A stretch of 63,996 nucleotides of DNA, counting the filler, from Rhabdomonas costata (taxonomy: Eukaryota), in NCBI GenBank assembly GCA_019059605.1. It is 15 parts of 15 records of this genome, joined end to end, with 100 filler letters (N's around TTAATTAATTAA, not from the genome) between each part and the next. Parts side by side here need not be neighbours in the genome. Positions count along the whole stretch, not along the records: positions 8,552 to 12,735 come from JAHMHO010000322.1; positions 12,836 to 17,008 come from JAHMHO010000323.1; positions 17,109 to 21,282 come from JAHMHO010000324.1; positions 21,383 to 25,552 come from JAHMHO010000325.1; positions 25,653 to 29,854 come from JAHMHO010000326.1; 10 more parts are not named here. One strand, written 5' to 3'. Under the pieces are notes generated by a model. The model searched no databases and was not told the DNA's origin. It saw nothing but the letters and a program-made list of their open reading frames with translations. This document shows positions 12,693-26,763 of the stretch, one piece after another (the stretch's first letter is position 1; each line of letters starts with the position of its first letter). The position numbers were made by a program, and so were the translations under genes.

Positions 12693-14274
12693 GCCAATTT
12701 ATTCGTCTAAACTCTTACCTGTGAACCAAAAAAACNNNNNNNNNNNNNNNNNNNNNNNNNNNNNNNNNNNNNNNNNNNNTTAATTAATTAANNNNNNNNN
12801 NNNNNNNNNNNNNNNNNNNNNNNNNNNNNNNNNNNGGTTTGGTGTTACTTGCCTCCACAACTACGTTGAATTCACGCAGATCCATGGAACAAAAATCCTA
12901 TTAAAAAATACTCCGCCCAACGATTCAAAGAAAACAAGGACGTTGTGGAGCCCTCATCCATATCACTGGAAGGCGGGATGCAGCACAACACAGCCTGCAA
13001 GACAGAAGTGCCCGAATCGAGTCCGTCGTCCTTGCAATGGCAGGAGAGAGACGGGACAGGGGGCAAGTAGAATAAGAATCTGGAGCAGGCGCACGGTGCA
13101 TGGAACGAGATGCACGGCGACTTTTGGCGCCATCGGGAGTAGGGATGGCTTTCCCTTCCCCCCGGGGACGCAGGTATACGGCACATACCACGAGGGTGTG
13201 AGCGGGGGTTGGGAAGATGGGTAATACAGGAAAGCACAGCAGAATGAGCTGCTGGTCAGGGTCACTCCTCCCCCCTTCACCAGTCGGTGGCTAATTTTTT
13301 TCACATTCATGTTACGCATATCTACGATGACAATGACCAACGAAGGAGCGACGGACCCTGCTCCCGACAGGTTCGAAAGGGCCCTTCCAAACTTCTGGCT
13401 GGAGTTAGGGTTCCGTATTCACTACATCTAATAGACGCTCTGCACAGGATGTCTTACCCTTGCACATGTATACTGCGAACAGCCTCACAGACATCTTGAA
13501 AACATTGCAGCAAGGCGCCCTCGGATTTAAAAGCGGTTACGCGTTTCAACCGGGCTGATGCACCAGTTACAACGGAAGGGCTGAGAGTTGCGCCCAAATT
13601 CCATCATACCTCGAACTTTGAGCATTGCATTTGAGCATCGCTTTTTTGTCGTCCTTTCAATGGTAAGATGGGTGGCGGTGGGCGGGGATAACCGAGTCTA
13701 CCCAGGTGCACCCGTCGTTCTAACCTGACCAATTCCGGTGGAGGCACCCTCCCGACATGAGTCAAAAAACTTTTATCACATGACTGGACAAGAAGAAGGA
13801 CGGGTTTTGACCCCCCCCCCAACCGCGAAGTCACGGCGAATCCAAACCCGATAAAGTAGCATTGGGGCAGGAGCCACCTATAAATATCTTCCTGCAGCTA
13901 AAGGGCCATTTTGAATCAGGAGATGGAAAGGAAAGGAGGCTCTGCCACGCTACAAGAGCTCTGTCTGTGTGTGCGTCCGAGTTTGTAAGGTATGAGGTAA
14001 GCTGGGTTGTCCTCGACCGAACGGAGCGTGGATGGGTGGGTGGAAATGAAGGGTAAAGGGAAAGCGCGTGAGAGACAGAGAGAGGAATGCAGCAGGTTGC
14101 GCTTTCCGTCGCCACCGACTCACACTTTCCTCGTGTACTGTTGTACTGACGTACTAGGTAGGGTTGTGCATATGTGTGTAGTCCGTGTGTGTGTGTGGAA
14201 GCGGAAGGTCTGATGGAGCGGCGGTGGTTGCCCTTCTGTGCGGGTTTACACCTCCATCACAATCTGATGCTCAC

Positions 14275-17008
14275 CGGGCCGCGCGCTCCCCACGGCGGGA
14301 ATGGTGAGGCTGCGCCGCCAGAACCGCACGGAGAGCAGGCAGCCCAGAGAGAGCAGGAACATCAGCAGCGAGCCGAACCACCCCAGGCCCAGCTCCTTGT
14401 CCCCGCTGGCGCAGGTCCCGTGGTAGCTCAGCCAGATCAACCACGGGAACAGGCTGAAGAAGATCTGCCGACATCCATACACACAAGGGTGCGCTACCGT
14501 TCCCGGGCTCCAAAAAAGGGCAGCGGCTTCGCGTTGGTGGTGTTGGTTGTAGTCTCGTCGTTTAACTTGTCAGTTAACACAAAAAGAGCAGAAGAAAAAC
14601 TGTACGAAGCGGCTTCACAGTTGAGACTCTAAGCTTTTTATCCCCCCCACACACACATTTCGTTGATGAAAGACGGTCCCCGAAGAAGAGCTGGTCACCA
14701 GAACTGGCTCAATTGGGCGACAATTTCTTTTGTGCGGCAGCACCCCACTTTGGGAGGCGAAACTAGTGGAAAGCACGTCTCCCAAGCACTGCAGTTCGTT
14801 CAATTTGCCAATTACCAGACGACGAGCTCGCTCCTTGGGATGACAAGAAAAGGGATCTTCTGAGGTTGGGATCAATGCGCAAGCGGTTGCTGGACTGTGC
14901 ACCTCAAGTTGCGTGGAGGAACATCTGCCACAGCCTCTCAGTAAAATGGCGTACTGTGCTGGTTTTTTGAGCTCTTCGATACATGTACTGATGATGGCGA
15001 TGACGCGGATGATAATGACGCGGACTGGATTGAGTTAGGGTCAGGGTACGATTAGATTGAGTTGATGGTAGGGTTAGGTTATTCCAGGCGTTATTTTAGG
15101 GATGGAGCGTTGGGGCATGTCCAATCCGTCATTGAGCGGGCAGCTTTTCACCTCAGCAAATGCAGTAGAGGTGCAATCGCGCAACATTTTTTATAGAAAT
15201 AATGCTTGCGGAACCCGGTTTATTCTCCGGTTCACCTATGCAGCGTAGCTTAGGGCCAAAAATAAGTGGTCCTACCTCCCCCCCCCCCTCCTCGCTTCGA
15301 GGGTAACGCCATGTCGAATGGGACGGGTTCGGAGCCTAAAAAAAATAGGCTATAGAGGTGCAGCCTGCGATACCCCCAGGAAAGGAATGTAATGAAATAA
15401 AAGATAAGAAGAAAAGAAAAAGAAAAGAAAAAAATCCAACCAATCCTCTGACGTGCTCAAGTTCACCCCACTCCTACAACTATCAAACGCATATAATATG
15501 AGCAGTATTTCGTACTGTACATCATCATACAAACGCTTCGTAGGCCTATGATGCCTTCAATTGCGCTTTGCGGTCGGGCTTTCGTGAACTTTGGCTTACA
15601 CGTGTCAGCAATATCCTCGATTTCCCCCCCAGTGAAGCATGGCGCAGATGAAAAAGAGTGATGGAGAAGGAGAGAAGGAGGGAGCCGGGGGGGAGGGCGA
15701 CCCACCGTCAGCGCGGAGAATCCCATCACGTACTTCGTGAAACTGGGCTTCTGGAACCCCGTGACGGCGACCAGCCCAATCGCGGCGAGGCCCTGGCTCA
15801 TGATCGCCAGCACAATGAACGCCCGGGCGGCCATGACCTTGGCGAAGGAAACGGTGGTGGTATGGGGAGAGGCGGGGACACGTAAATACAGTCGCTAATG
15901 ATGCGCAAAACTGTTATCGCGTTTCACGCGGACTGTGTTAAAATTATGAACCGCAGCAAAAACGCTGGTTCAATTTAACCGGACCGCGGCACCTCATGCG
16001 CGAGATATTACTGAGATAAACAAAGTCGTTTTTGATGGTGAAAGAATGCCGAAAAATCCGGATAACTCGGTGTCCGCTGCATATCACGGAACCAGTCACA
16101 TCGCCTCCAGGGCGCGCTGAGTACGAATGTGCATAAATCACAACCCCACCTGCTCAACAGCTCAAGTAGGCAGACATTCCGCAACTAATTTTCTCACCAC
16201 AAAAATATCCTTTGTGAGGCAAAACCTATCATTTGGAGAACTTCTCTATCGCTCTCAAGTCAAAAGTGGCGCGGGTATTACAAAGAAGGGCAAAAAAGGG
16301 TAAGGGGGGCCCATAGCACTCAGTGCTCCAGTTTCCAGATCGGCTTCAAAAAGGCAAACATAAATGGTACACAGCGGAAGGTATACCATTCACTTATACC
16401 ACCCCGCTAACCGCGCACGTTTTTGACTGTAGTTTGCGGTTAAAGCCCCAACCTTACGCTGAAAAACGCAAAGTCCCCTGAATCGGGTGCGTTGAAACCT
16501 CAGGGGCAAAACCAATCGAACCACTGGATGTTAAGCGAAGCAGTTCGGAAACGTTTTCACAGCTATTCTTGCAGATATTAAAATCTGGGGTTAGGTAGAC
16601 GAACCCATGTCCCTGAATTACTAGGTATTACTTGGTTAACCGGCTGCATTGGGTTACATTGTCAGTTGAGAGTTTTCACTGCGACACTTCACAGGTCGTT
16701 GGGAAGGCGCAGGGATACAAACTAAGAAATAACCAAACTAAACTGCCCGTTGCCAACATGGTTTTCAGCCCCTCCTGTTCGGGTTCCAACTGGACAACGG
16801 GCTTCGGACGAACCTGGGAAGTGCATCCGTGCTCCATGATGTCCCCTGTGCACACGCTGCCGGAGCACCACCACCACAGCCCCGCACGAATTTCTGGGCT
16901 CCCTTCCGCCGGGACATACTGGCTCCACCCCTTCGCCGACGCTGAGACGATGCCGAAGATCCAGCTCAGCACCAGCAAAATGAAGCTGGCGATCGTCGGC
17001 AGCCGCGC
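14275..17008 (-). CDS. Claudin/PMP22-superfamily tetraspan membrane protein, partial
   Basis: GT-AG exons 17008-16814, 15837-15706 and 14464-14275. Four hydrophobic segments, first-loop signature W...GLWWWC...C, then VMAARAF and LGLGW before TM4. Confidence 0.75.
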
Positions 17009-17167
17009 NNNNNNNNNNNNNNNNNNNNNNNNNNNNNNNNNNNNNNNNNNNNTTAATTAATTAANNNNNNNNNNNNNNNNNNNNNNNNNNNNNNNNNNNN
17101 NNNNNNNNCACGGGCAACTGGGAGTGATGCACCTCAACTCAGAGTGATCTTTCCTGACATCGCTCAG

Positions 17168-18084
17168 AAGTTGACGAGCCCGTGATGCGGAAGCTGCTGG
17201 AGGCGAGCTGGCCCTTGCCGGTCGCCTTTCACCGTGCCTTTGACATGAGCAGGAACCTTCCAGAGGCTCTGGAGCGGCTGGTTGCGCTGGGGGTGCCGCG
17301 GGTCCTCTCCAGCGGAGGCCACCGGACTGCTACGGAGGGAATGGCTGTGTTGCTGGAGCTGCAGCGGTTGAGCACAGGCCGGCTTGTGGTGATGGCGGGT
17401 TGTGGGGTCACCGCAGCCAACGTCCAGGCCATTGTCACTCAGACATCGGTCAGGTTTGTGCAAGGCAGGCGCGACAGGCGCCCTTGTTTTGGTCATTGAG
17501 GGGAACAATTTCAAATGAACAATTGAGATGGGCTTAATAGTGCTCTAGGACCTGAAACAAGCCCCGTTAACGCATCTCTTTTTCTGGGAAGTCTAATAAT
17601 CATCTAAGAATAAGAATAAGAATAATCAAAGTGTATCAGCAGTTCATCCGTATTAACCTTACATGGGGCGGGTGGGCAAAGGTACCCAAAACTAATCTTT
17701 GTGCTACTGTCAGGCGGGCAGGGCACTGTAGAGCTGTGGGCTTACGTCCGCCCCGATTTGCCATTTTGATTCTGCGTTTTTTTCTTTTCTTTCACTTTAC
17801 TGCCACACACATACGGACAGGTGTTGCTTTCAGCCGTGAGACGATTGTGGCACAATCTGTTACGTTGCACTTGCAGTGTTGTTATTGGGCACAGGGCCGT
17901 GCACCTTTCTGCCCGTGTTCGAGTGCCTAGCACAATGGTGTACCGCAACCTGCGCTGCAGCATGGGCTCTTCTGCAGAAGGGTTCGATGAGTTTGCGAAG
18001 TTTGTCGCCAGTGAAGAGGCTGTTCGGGCAGTTGTGGTCGCCCTACAGGGAATTCCCACTGCATCGGGCCAAATCTCGCCGTAA
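17168..18084 (+). CDS. CUTC: Copper homeostasis protein CutC, 3' part
   Basis: Exons 17168-17453 and 17895-18084. Motifs LPVAFHRAFD, RVLSSG, VMAGCGV, VHLSAR and MVYRN-x3-SMG. Stop at 18082-18084. Confidence 0.93.
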
Positions 18085-18899
18085 CCTCTCTCGGGGTCGC
18101 GACTTGCCTCTCTTGGCACACTCAGCAGCAACTGCAGCAGTTGTGTCGGAAGTCAGGAGCGTCGTCAGCCGTAGTGATTGACCGAGAGTCCGCAAGTGGT
18201 CCATGTCTATGGTCTCCGAGTCATGGGGGTTTTATTTGAAGTCAAGTCTATTTTTCGAATTCTTCCATGCTCCACTGTTCTTCGATGCTGCGCCGAACTT
18301 TGGACGCTGTTCTGGATAATGAACAATTGTTTCGTTTCGAAACTATGGTTTTCTCCTTGAGGTAAAACAGATGAACAGCTTCACATGGTTACTCAACGCA
18401 AAGTGACTGTAGAGTTTGTATGTAGGTGGGGAGGTGAGAAGCATGTGCGGAAACATCATTTTGCTTGTGGCACCTCGAGTATAACTGTGCAGGTGGTTTT
18501 TCCAGAATCCACACAAACACCAACACACGCACACACACACACAACCAGGCAACAGCCAGCGCTCTATGCGCCCAAAACGCAAGCACATACACACGCAACG
18601 TTGTGCTCTTATGGCCGTGATTGTGATTACCTCCCATTTGTTCTTCTTGTGTGCCTTCCGCTGTTCGCGTCGGAAGAATTACGGTCAGTGTGAACCAGGA
18701 GGTCAAATGGTGTTAAGCCTAGTGGTAAGTCCACTTATAAGCACCCGTTATTTTTGCGCTGATCGGTGTAATACCGCGAGTGTTGCTTCCAGGAGCGACC
18801 TTTTTGTGGATGCTGGATACAGTGGAGACAACTGCCTTTCCTCTGATTTTGCTCAGTCATTTGCGTTGCTGGTTGCTGGTCTTAATTTGTAAAAGCACA

Positions 18900-21101
18900 A
18901 TGTCTTCTGGTCAGGATGGCTCTGATGATTTCATTGTTCTGTGCGGAGGCAATCCGGACACCTCGCTGTTCTCCAATCAACTTGAGATTGCACCGCCTTC
19001 TGTCGCGCTTCCCGGGCGGCACTCTGCGGAGGTGCCCAACGGTGGGCGAGCATGGCTCCAGGACCCCAGATTCTCTGCGTTGTCATGCACTGGAATTACT
19101 TCCTCTGGCGTAGAATCTTCAGGAGGTCCGGTTCCGGGTGCTTCTTTTCGCGCCCTTAAAGTGAACAGTCGGCCGACCGAGCTGACTGGTAGCTCTAATT
19201 CCGAGGAAAACGTGCCTTACCAACCTGAGGAGTTATCTCCACCTCGAAGCGAGGGCAGCTACGTTCCGCTGGACCTCTCACCGCCCCGCTCTGAATCCTC
19301 CCACGCGGTCTGTACTGCGCTGATAGACACGCAGGGTGGGGAGGGGGGCAGTGCCGAAAATGGGGAATAAGGTTAGAGCCCATCCCTTGCTACTTTTTGC
19401 TGCCAGGTTGTTTCGCATCGGTTCTTGTGGCTCCTCCAACGGAGGGTGATTTTTGCGGGGACTTGGAGGCTTGAGGACCCTTCGGAGGCTTTTTGAGAGC
19501 GAGAGAGAGAGCAGCGAACACAATCAAGTGCCCGTAAATTCGGTGCATTTGGTTGCACTATGTGCGATTTTTCAGCATAGTTACATGTATGCATCTTTGT
19601 AATGGCGCCCTGCTTGGCTCTCAGGAGAGTGCCGCCCGCGCAAGGGCCCGTTCCCCGGAATTGCCTGAGCACGTCTGGGAGCATGGCAGCGACTGCGCAC
19701 GTCCACAAAAGCGGGCGCGTTTGCCTGCGACTAGCGCGGGGTTTCCTTCCGGGGATGGAGAGGAGGACACTGCTAGCGAGGACGAGCAGGACAGTCCACT
19801 TTCTGCACAGAGTTGGGACGACCCTTCCAGCGACAGGGAACTGCTGAAGTCAGAGGAGGGCGTTGTTGTGCGGTCCTCACAATTCAGTTAGAGGGCGATT
19901 CGTCCAACCTACCTGTTTGTTTCATGATCTTCTGCCCGATGTGCTGTGTTCCTTGGGCCCCAGGTTGTGCGGACACTGGCCGCAATGATGCCTGAACATT
20001 TTTCGACCTCGTAAAAACCTGCTGAAAACCTGATTGCCGATAAGAATGTGACACTTTGAGATTTAGCGATGAAATACGAGCCCTGTTAAGATAGACTTAT
20101 CTCGATTCATTGTAATATTTGTTTCGGTGCACGTATTATTGCAGTTATGCTCGCACTTTTTTTTTTTGAAGTCTCTGCTTTTTTATGTGCAGGTTTTACT
20201 CTCTTGTCTGTCACATGTGGCATGTTGTACTCTAACGCTGAGTGTATCTGGAGCCTTCTCTAGTGTGAAGGTGGATGTGATGCGGACTTCATCGTATTGT
20301 TGCGCACAGCTCTCAGCTAAAGAATGACGTCTCAGGTGAGTGCGTTTCCCGCATTTTGGATTCACAATTGTGATTCTGATGCCAAGTGGACATCATCGCT
20401 CCACTTGTCCAATTAAGTCGTACCCATTTGAATTCAGTCAGGGTGGCGAAAATGTTGAAAAGCCTATGCGTTCGGGTGCATTTCACATTAATCTCACCTT
20501 AACCTCACTTCGCTGGAATTCCTTCGCAGTGAATACATACGTTGATATTCGGAAACGCAGAAGTTCGGGGCTGCTATATTTTGGGGGGTGGGTATACATA
20601 TGCAACGTGGTCAATCGACTAAACTTTTTAAAACTGAAACGTTCGCATTTAGGGGCAGCGGAACAGTGTACTTAACTCCTTTTCGGGAAATAACATCATA
20701 CTGGTTCATACTGGCTCAGAAATCGCTTCCTGAAATTCAAAATAATGGTGTTTATTAGAGTTGAACGATTGACGGTGAAAACCTTTAACACCCACGCAAA
20801 AAAATGCAATTGTCGCAAAGTTCCTCTGTGTCCTGAGAAATAGTCGCCGACGATCAATCCCTGGTAGCCTGTCCCTACACCATATCTCCCATATCTTCTG
20901 CTGTGCATGTGCTATCAGGTTGAGGCTTTGGCTGGGGTTGGCGAGAAGCCGGCCTCCTCTCACCACATCAGCTTCTCCTCCTTCCTTCGTGGCACGGACG
21001 TTCGCACGGTCGAGGGCCTGCTGCCGGACTCGAGATGGCGGGAATTGCTGTCCGGGCCTCTGTCGAGAGCCCACGTCCAGATTCCCTTTGATCTTCGCCT
21101 G
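18900..21101 (+). CDS. Hypothetical protein with low-complexity acidic/Ser-rich N-terminus, partial
   Basis: Open segments starting at 18900 (MSSGQDGSDDF...), about 19625-19865 and about 20919-21101, the latter two preceded by CAG acceptors. Exon joining not resolved. Confidence 0.4.
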
Positions 21102-21639
21102 GTACCCACTGCTACTGTACTCTGTGCGTGCAGGTTTCGTAAACAGTGTAATTTTTGAATAAACTGGAAATAGCAGCTTCAATTGGGCAGAAATTCTGTA
21201 TGTCTTTTTCCTCCTTCCCCCGTCCCCGTCGGTCAATGTTGGGCCGCAACAAGTGCAGGGCCGGGGGGGTACATACTGCCATNNNNNNNNNNNNNNNNNN
21301 NNNNNNNNNNNNNNNNNNNNNNNNNNTTAATTAATTAANNNNNNNNNNNNNNNNNNNNNNNNNNNNNNNNNNNNNNNNNNNNTTGTGGGGAGGGAGGAGG
21401 GGGGGTAGTTTTCTGGGTCCGTGAATCCCGCTACACGACAGACATCTCCAAATCCTTGTCGGGTGAAGTTTGGGTGAGATATGTCTAGCTGCTATACAAT
21501 GAAAAATTCCTCAACACACCAAATGTCATCACCTGACCTGCTTGGTGAGAGAATGTATGCCTTTCGAAAAAGCGGATCTCTGCTCCCTGAGTCCGACGAG
21601 GGCCAGAATGGAAAACGCGGCTGAAAATGCGCACCACCT

Positions 21640-24600
21640 TCACAAAGATTTCCACGGAGGGGAAAAGCGGAATGGCGGGGTCGAATTGGTTGCGCTGGGC
21701 TCCCAAGGATAGAAGGTTGCTAAAGAACGACAAGACGCCCACACGTACTGAAGGTTTTCGGGTAGAACTTCGCCACTTCGCTCTTGGGGTCGGCCAGGGC
21801 GTTGTAGATGGACTGCGGTAGGGTCACCCGGGCGGAGTCCAGCGGCAGCACCGCAGCCAGTTGCTCAAACGGGGTGAAGGGCCGGCTCACGGGCAATTCG
21901 GTTGAATGAAGGTCCTTCACCGAGATCATCTCCAGCGGAGGAGAGAAGTGGTAGGGATAGAACCTGTGCTCCCAAAACCCGACGAACGTCCGCCGTGGTG
22001 TCTTTGAAAGCGAATCGATAGTCTCTGGGACCATGCCTTATCAGGACTGTCAAACCGATTTTGGTGGATATCGCTCAGCACAAAAAGAACACTCAGTTGG
22101 GTAGTGTCATGCCTGTTCAAAAGTGTTGCCCTTGTCACCTCAAAGGTGAGAATTATTGCTGGCTGTACAGTAAAGTTTAAGAGAGAGCGAAAGACAACAC
22201 TTTTGATAGAAAAAACAACACAGCCCTGAACAATAGCAGCTCGATATTTCCTGCATTTTTCGGGCGCTGCGGATGTGCCGCAGGCTCTTCATTATCCCCA
22301 TTTCCATCATTTCCATGGTGTTGTTAAAACATCTCCTTGCGCACGCCCACACGTCCTCAGCGTCAGGTCAAATAAAGAAATGAGAAGTGAGAACCCTCCG
22401 CCCCAATCACGTCTCAGGCAGTGCTTTTGTCGATTTCGTGGCCGAATGGAAGAGAGGAAGGGAGGGGAGGAGTGAGAAACCAGCTCCAGGATCGGCACTG
22501 ATGGAAATAGTATCTGGTAATCCACACCTGCGGAGCAAGGACGCGAAAGGACACAAACACCAACAAACAAAGCAATGACGCAGGCTGCGTGCGTCTCAGG
22601 TTGGGGGCAGCTTTTCTTTTCTTGCCATCATCGCTCTCCTTCACGTGTGTGTGTGTGTTTCTTTTCTGTCTTGACATCACACAAACATACACAAACATGA
22701 ACAAACAGACACAACTGTCCCTAAATCAAAGAAGAAAGCAACGATAATTTAGATTGAACACATGCACATTGTTGTTGGTGGAGCTGGGATGCAAAAAAAC
22801 CCTTTGCTTCCACAGCGGGAACAAGGGTATATAACAAACCAAACAGGGCGCGGAGGGGCAATACACAAGAAAGAAAAAGAAGAATACAAAAAAACAGCGA
22901 GCGGAAGAAGGTTACCAAGCCCATGAGGTACTCCCGGGAGAGGGAACGGCGCAGCTCCTCCAGGCGCTTGCTGTAGTCCGCAGCGGAGGGGCTCAGCCCG
23001 AACTTGATGTGCAGGTACCTCTGCTGCCACCCCGGCTGGCCCACCTGAGACCAACAGAGACGGCAGTTTGTGCTGGTCCCTTATTCGAGTCTCATTTACT
23101 CCGTTAATCTCTTTTTCTGATAAAATTTGAAGAAAAAAAAGAATCGGCCGTTGACTCAGCAGGTAATTCAGTGCACTATTCATTTCATTTGATCATGGCC
23201 CCGATGCCACTGCCACCAAGAAGCACCAACTCATTACATCTGCAATGGAGCGTGAAGGCATGAAGGAGCACACTGGCGATCCAGTCCTATAAGTCCAACC
23301 ACACCTTCCGGGGGCCATGCAGTTTTCCCGTTTGTGTAGAAAACGCGGTAAAAATTTTGGTTTTGCGGCCAGAATTCTGGTATCACAATGAGCCTTCAAA
23401 AACACTTCCACCGAAATCACACCACCTTCACCGGGAAGGTAAGCCCAAACTCACTAAACTCATTGCCCGTTTGGAGACAGCACCGGTGTACCAGCGCGGG
23501 CACGCGGCCACTATCCTGTACGTGCAGATCTATCATGCCAACAAAACGTGCCGGCGCACACGCAAGGGCTTACCCTGACTTTATCCTCTCGCTGAAACTC
23601 AACGATTTTCTCCCACTGGTCTTCTTCGCAGACGTAGCTGACCTGAATTTCACGCAAAAGCACAGAACTCCGGGACGAGCCCCCAGCGCCTCATTCAAAC
23701 GAAGGAAAAGGCTTTTAGAACCAGGAGAAGCCAAGGCTTCCACAGTAGAGTTCTCAACGAGCGGAATTCTCGGCCCCTATACTGAGTGCGATTCGGTCCG
23801 GGGGATTGAGCAGGTTCTCATCACCAAAGAAGTGTGCATCCACCAAGCGAGCTTCTAAAACTTGGCTACAGGAAAACGTTTTTCGCTCGGAGACTTGGAC
23901 TCGTAACCAAAGGTCAGTGATCAGCGGATATGTAACGGAAAGGAGTGAGGTCAGAGAGTGAAAGAGAGCAAGGTGAAACCTCTTCCTTGAAGCAGTTTGC
24001 CTGAGCGTCAGGGGGCAATCTCCGGACCTCTGAAGTGGGTAGCAAGGGCTTGGGCCAGAACTTTCGCCGGGTGTCCACCCGGGAGTCCTTAAACGAGTTC
24101 TTGAACTCGTTAATCAGAACCTGAAGCCGCTTCAGGTTGATCTCCCCCTGCTCGCAGATGTACCCACCTGGAACAGCCCCACCTCCGAAAACTCCGAAGG
24201 CCAGATCCGGACCACGAGGAAAACGGCCAGAACCATAAGAAACTCCGGTATTCACGGCACGACGTGAAGGGCAAAGGTAGCAGAAGCAGGCAGGCAGGAA
24301 GGAAAAAGGAAGAAAGGTAGGGGAAGGCAGGCAGGCAGGAAGGAAGGCATGAAAAAGAAACAATGAAAAAATAAAACTATTTAACTTGCCTTTAATTTCC
24401 CTAACTTGCCCTGAGAAGTTCATATCACCCTCCCCCCGTGACGCGCGCGCGCGCGCACCGAGCCCGGGGAAAACTCGCAGTATGCCGTGACCGCCCTGCT
24501 GAGGATCATGCCCTGCAGCTTCATGGTGGGGCTGTGGGGCACAAAGTCGTTGCCCACAAAGCAAAAAATCACCATCAGGTCCTCAAAAAGCCGCTCCTTC

Positions 24601-25219
24601 ACCCGCAGCTCTGCGGGGAGGCCAGAGTTCAGGATGGGTTGCAGCAAGCGCTGGTAGAAGGCCTTTACCATGGGGATGCTGATCAGCATGTACTTGGAGG
24701 AGTCTGGAATTTGAAAGGAAACATGTCGTCGCAGTTTGGGCGTAACAGTGCTGGTAGTAGTGGAGTTGAAGGCGGTTGCGTTTCTATTTGTGCATTGATA
24801 TTAGTTCCTGTTCGGTTGGGTTGCTATTGCTCTTGTATGTTTCACTTTGCTCACGACACACCTATTAAATTGTATGTGATACTGCTTTCCATTTTAGATT
24901 CTTGCCGTGCTTCTGTGCTTCTGAAATGGAACTGACGTGTCTTACTTGGATGAGGAAGTGTGGTGAGTCGTTTGGTCGACGTGCGACACCAACGTCTCAA
25001 AGAGACCGTCATCTGCACCCCACCCACAACCCCACTCCACCCCAACCCGGTACGGCTCACCCTTCTGGTCCGAGCGCAGGACGTAGATCTGCGGCTCATG
25101 GGTAACCACGGCGAGCTGCAGGAGGTCGGCATCGGGACCCATCACGACGTGCACGGTGTTGGGGTTGTACCCTGGGGCCAACCGCTGCCGCTTGATCAGC
25201 TGCACAATCTTGTGCTCCC
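21640..25219 (-). CDS. XRN-family 5'-3' exoribonuclease (divergent), partial
   Basis: Exons 25219-25061, 24703-about 24459, 24167-23980, 23642-23574, 23044-22916, 22527-22481 and 21963-about 21745. Motifs GEHKI, PGYNPNTVH, GPDADL, THEP, FVGNDF, GGYI, GWQQRY, CRSWSWFYPYHFSP and PFTPFEQLAAVLP. Two junctions have phase problems (see findings). Confidence 0.9.
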
Positions 25220-26763
25220 CTGCACACATATAGGGGAGAAGAAAGGCAGGGGTCCAACTCCTCGCACATCGGCAGCACTCCAGAACAACGCCGGAAACGT
25301 CACTCTTGGCTTCAAGGCACCGGTGAGTATCAGCACATCTATCAGCCACTAGCTGCTATGACGACGCCATGCTGGGCTGGAATGAAGCTCCACACACGCA
25401 TACAAAAACCACTGCAGCTGAAGATTTTTGAAGATTTTTTCACCGATGTGCAGATGGGAAGGAGGAACAAGGTGCGCGTGCAGACCACCACGTTTACATT
25501 TCAGATAGTTATTCCATTCGACACATATGGGGGGCGCGCCCGCACAAACACCNNNNNNNNNNNNNNNNNNNNNNNNNNNNNNNNNNNNNNNNNNNNTTAA
25601 TTAATTAANNNNNNNNNNNNNNNNNNNNNNNNNNNNNNNNNNNNNNNNNNNNGGGGTTTTGGGTTGTTGGGGCGTGTGTCTGTTTGGATGTGCTACGACT
25701 GGATTCGATCTAACGAAAACAAAGGTAAACCAAGTGAACCAATATTGGAATAAAAATAGGAGCATGTTCAGGATGGGGTGGAAATCATTCTTTGGAAATC
25801 ATTCTTCCACTCGTGAGATGGTGCTGACACACTGGAGTGGAGGTGGCCATGCTAATTTTTCCAATCCCCATTCCAAGTTTTGCCCTGTCCAAAAAAAATT
25901 GTTTTGAGCTACACATTTCTGCGTTGGCCTTACCTGTCATTATTAAGAATTGCATCCTATCTTACTGAGACATATCCGAGTCAAACATGAAAAAGCGAGG
26001 AAAAAACAAAAATCGCAATTAAAAAAAAGCGTTGGGGTTGGCAACCAAAAACACGAAGGTTCGTCTGAACTCGAATTTCTTGAGCTGAATGTGGTCGAAA
26101 TGTTGTACCCTCTCCTTTGCTGTGGAATCGCTCCGCACTCCTGTGCGCCTGTCTGTCGGTTCCATATCCCCCATCCCCGTTCCCTACCCAACCTGCTCAA
26201 CCAGCCCGTCTTGAATCTCGGCACACTGCCTGCACTCTCTGCCTTCCCACTGGTACCTCACCTCACCTCACCTCACCTCCTGATGCACTCCTGCCTTTTG
26301 TTCCTGCCTGCGGTTTTGTTTGTGGCATCCCACTCGTTTCTTCTTTTCCCTCTCCCGCGCTTGCGTACACGGTCTTCCTGGTCGTCCATGTTGTCTTTTT
26401 CACCTTTGCTCAGCAGTGTAAATTACTGCTTTGTCTACCGCGCACACTCCTACACACAAAGATAACTCCCTGTTTCCCTCTTGCACTTGCGTGTGCCCCA
26501 CCGATCGTATGTTCATGGGACACCTGGACAATGTTCTGTCCAATTGACTGGGGGATATGGAAGGATGTGTTATCGGCGGGAGTGGTTGAGCTTACAACCG
26601 AAGCAGCCGGAAACCACAGAACATGGGGAAAGAGACAGAATGAGTGAGGGAATTGTTGAAGGTTATGTTTCGATGGGATCATTTTTCATTTCTTTGGATG
26701 TTTTCGTGTTTGAATTGAGGTCTTTGGGACTCGGGGATGAGAGGGGAGGGGTTGGGTTTCCAG

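Noticed and set aside
15034-15100. TTAGGG-like units as an interstitial telomere
   Set aside because: Only a few degenerate, non-tandem units inside an intron.
20919-21101. LPDSRWRELLSGPL resembling the start of a uracil-DNA glycosylase domain
   Set aside because: Too short, and no catalytic GQDPY motif is within the contig.
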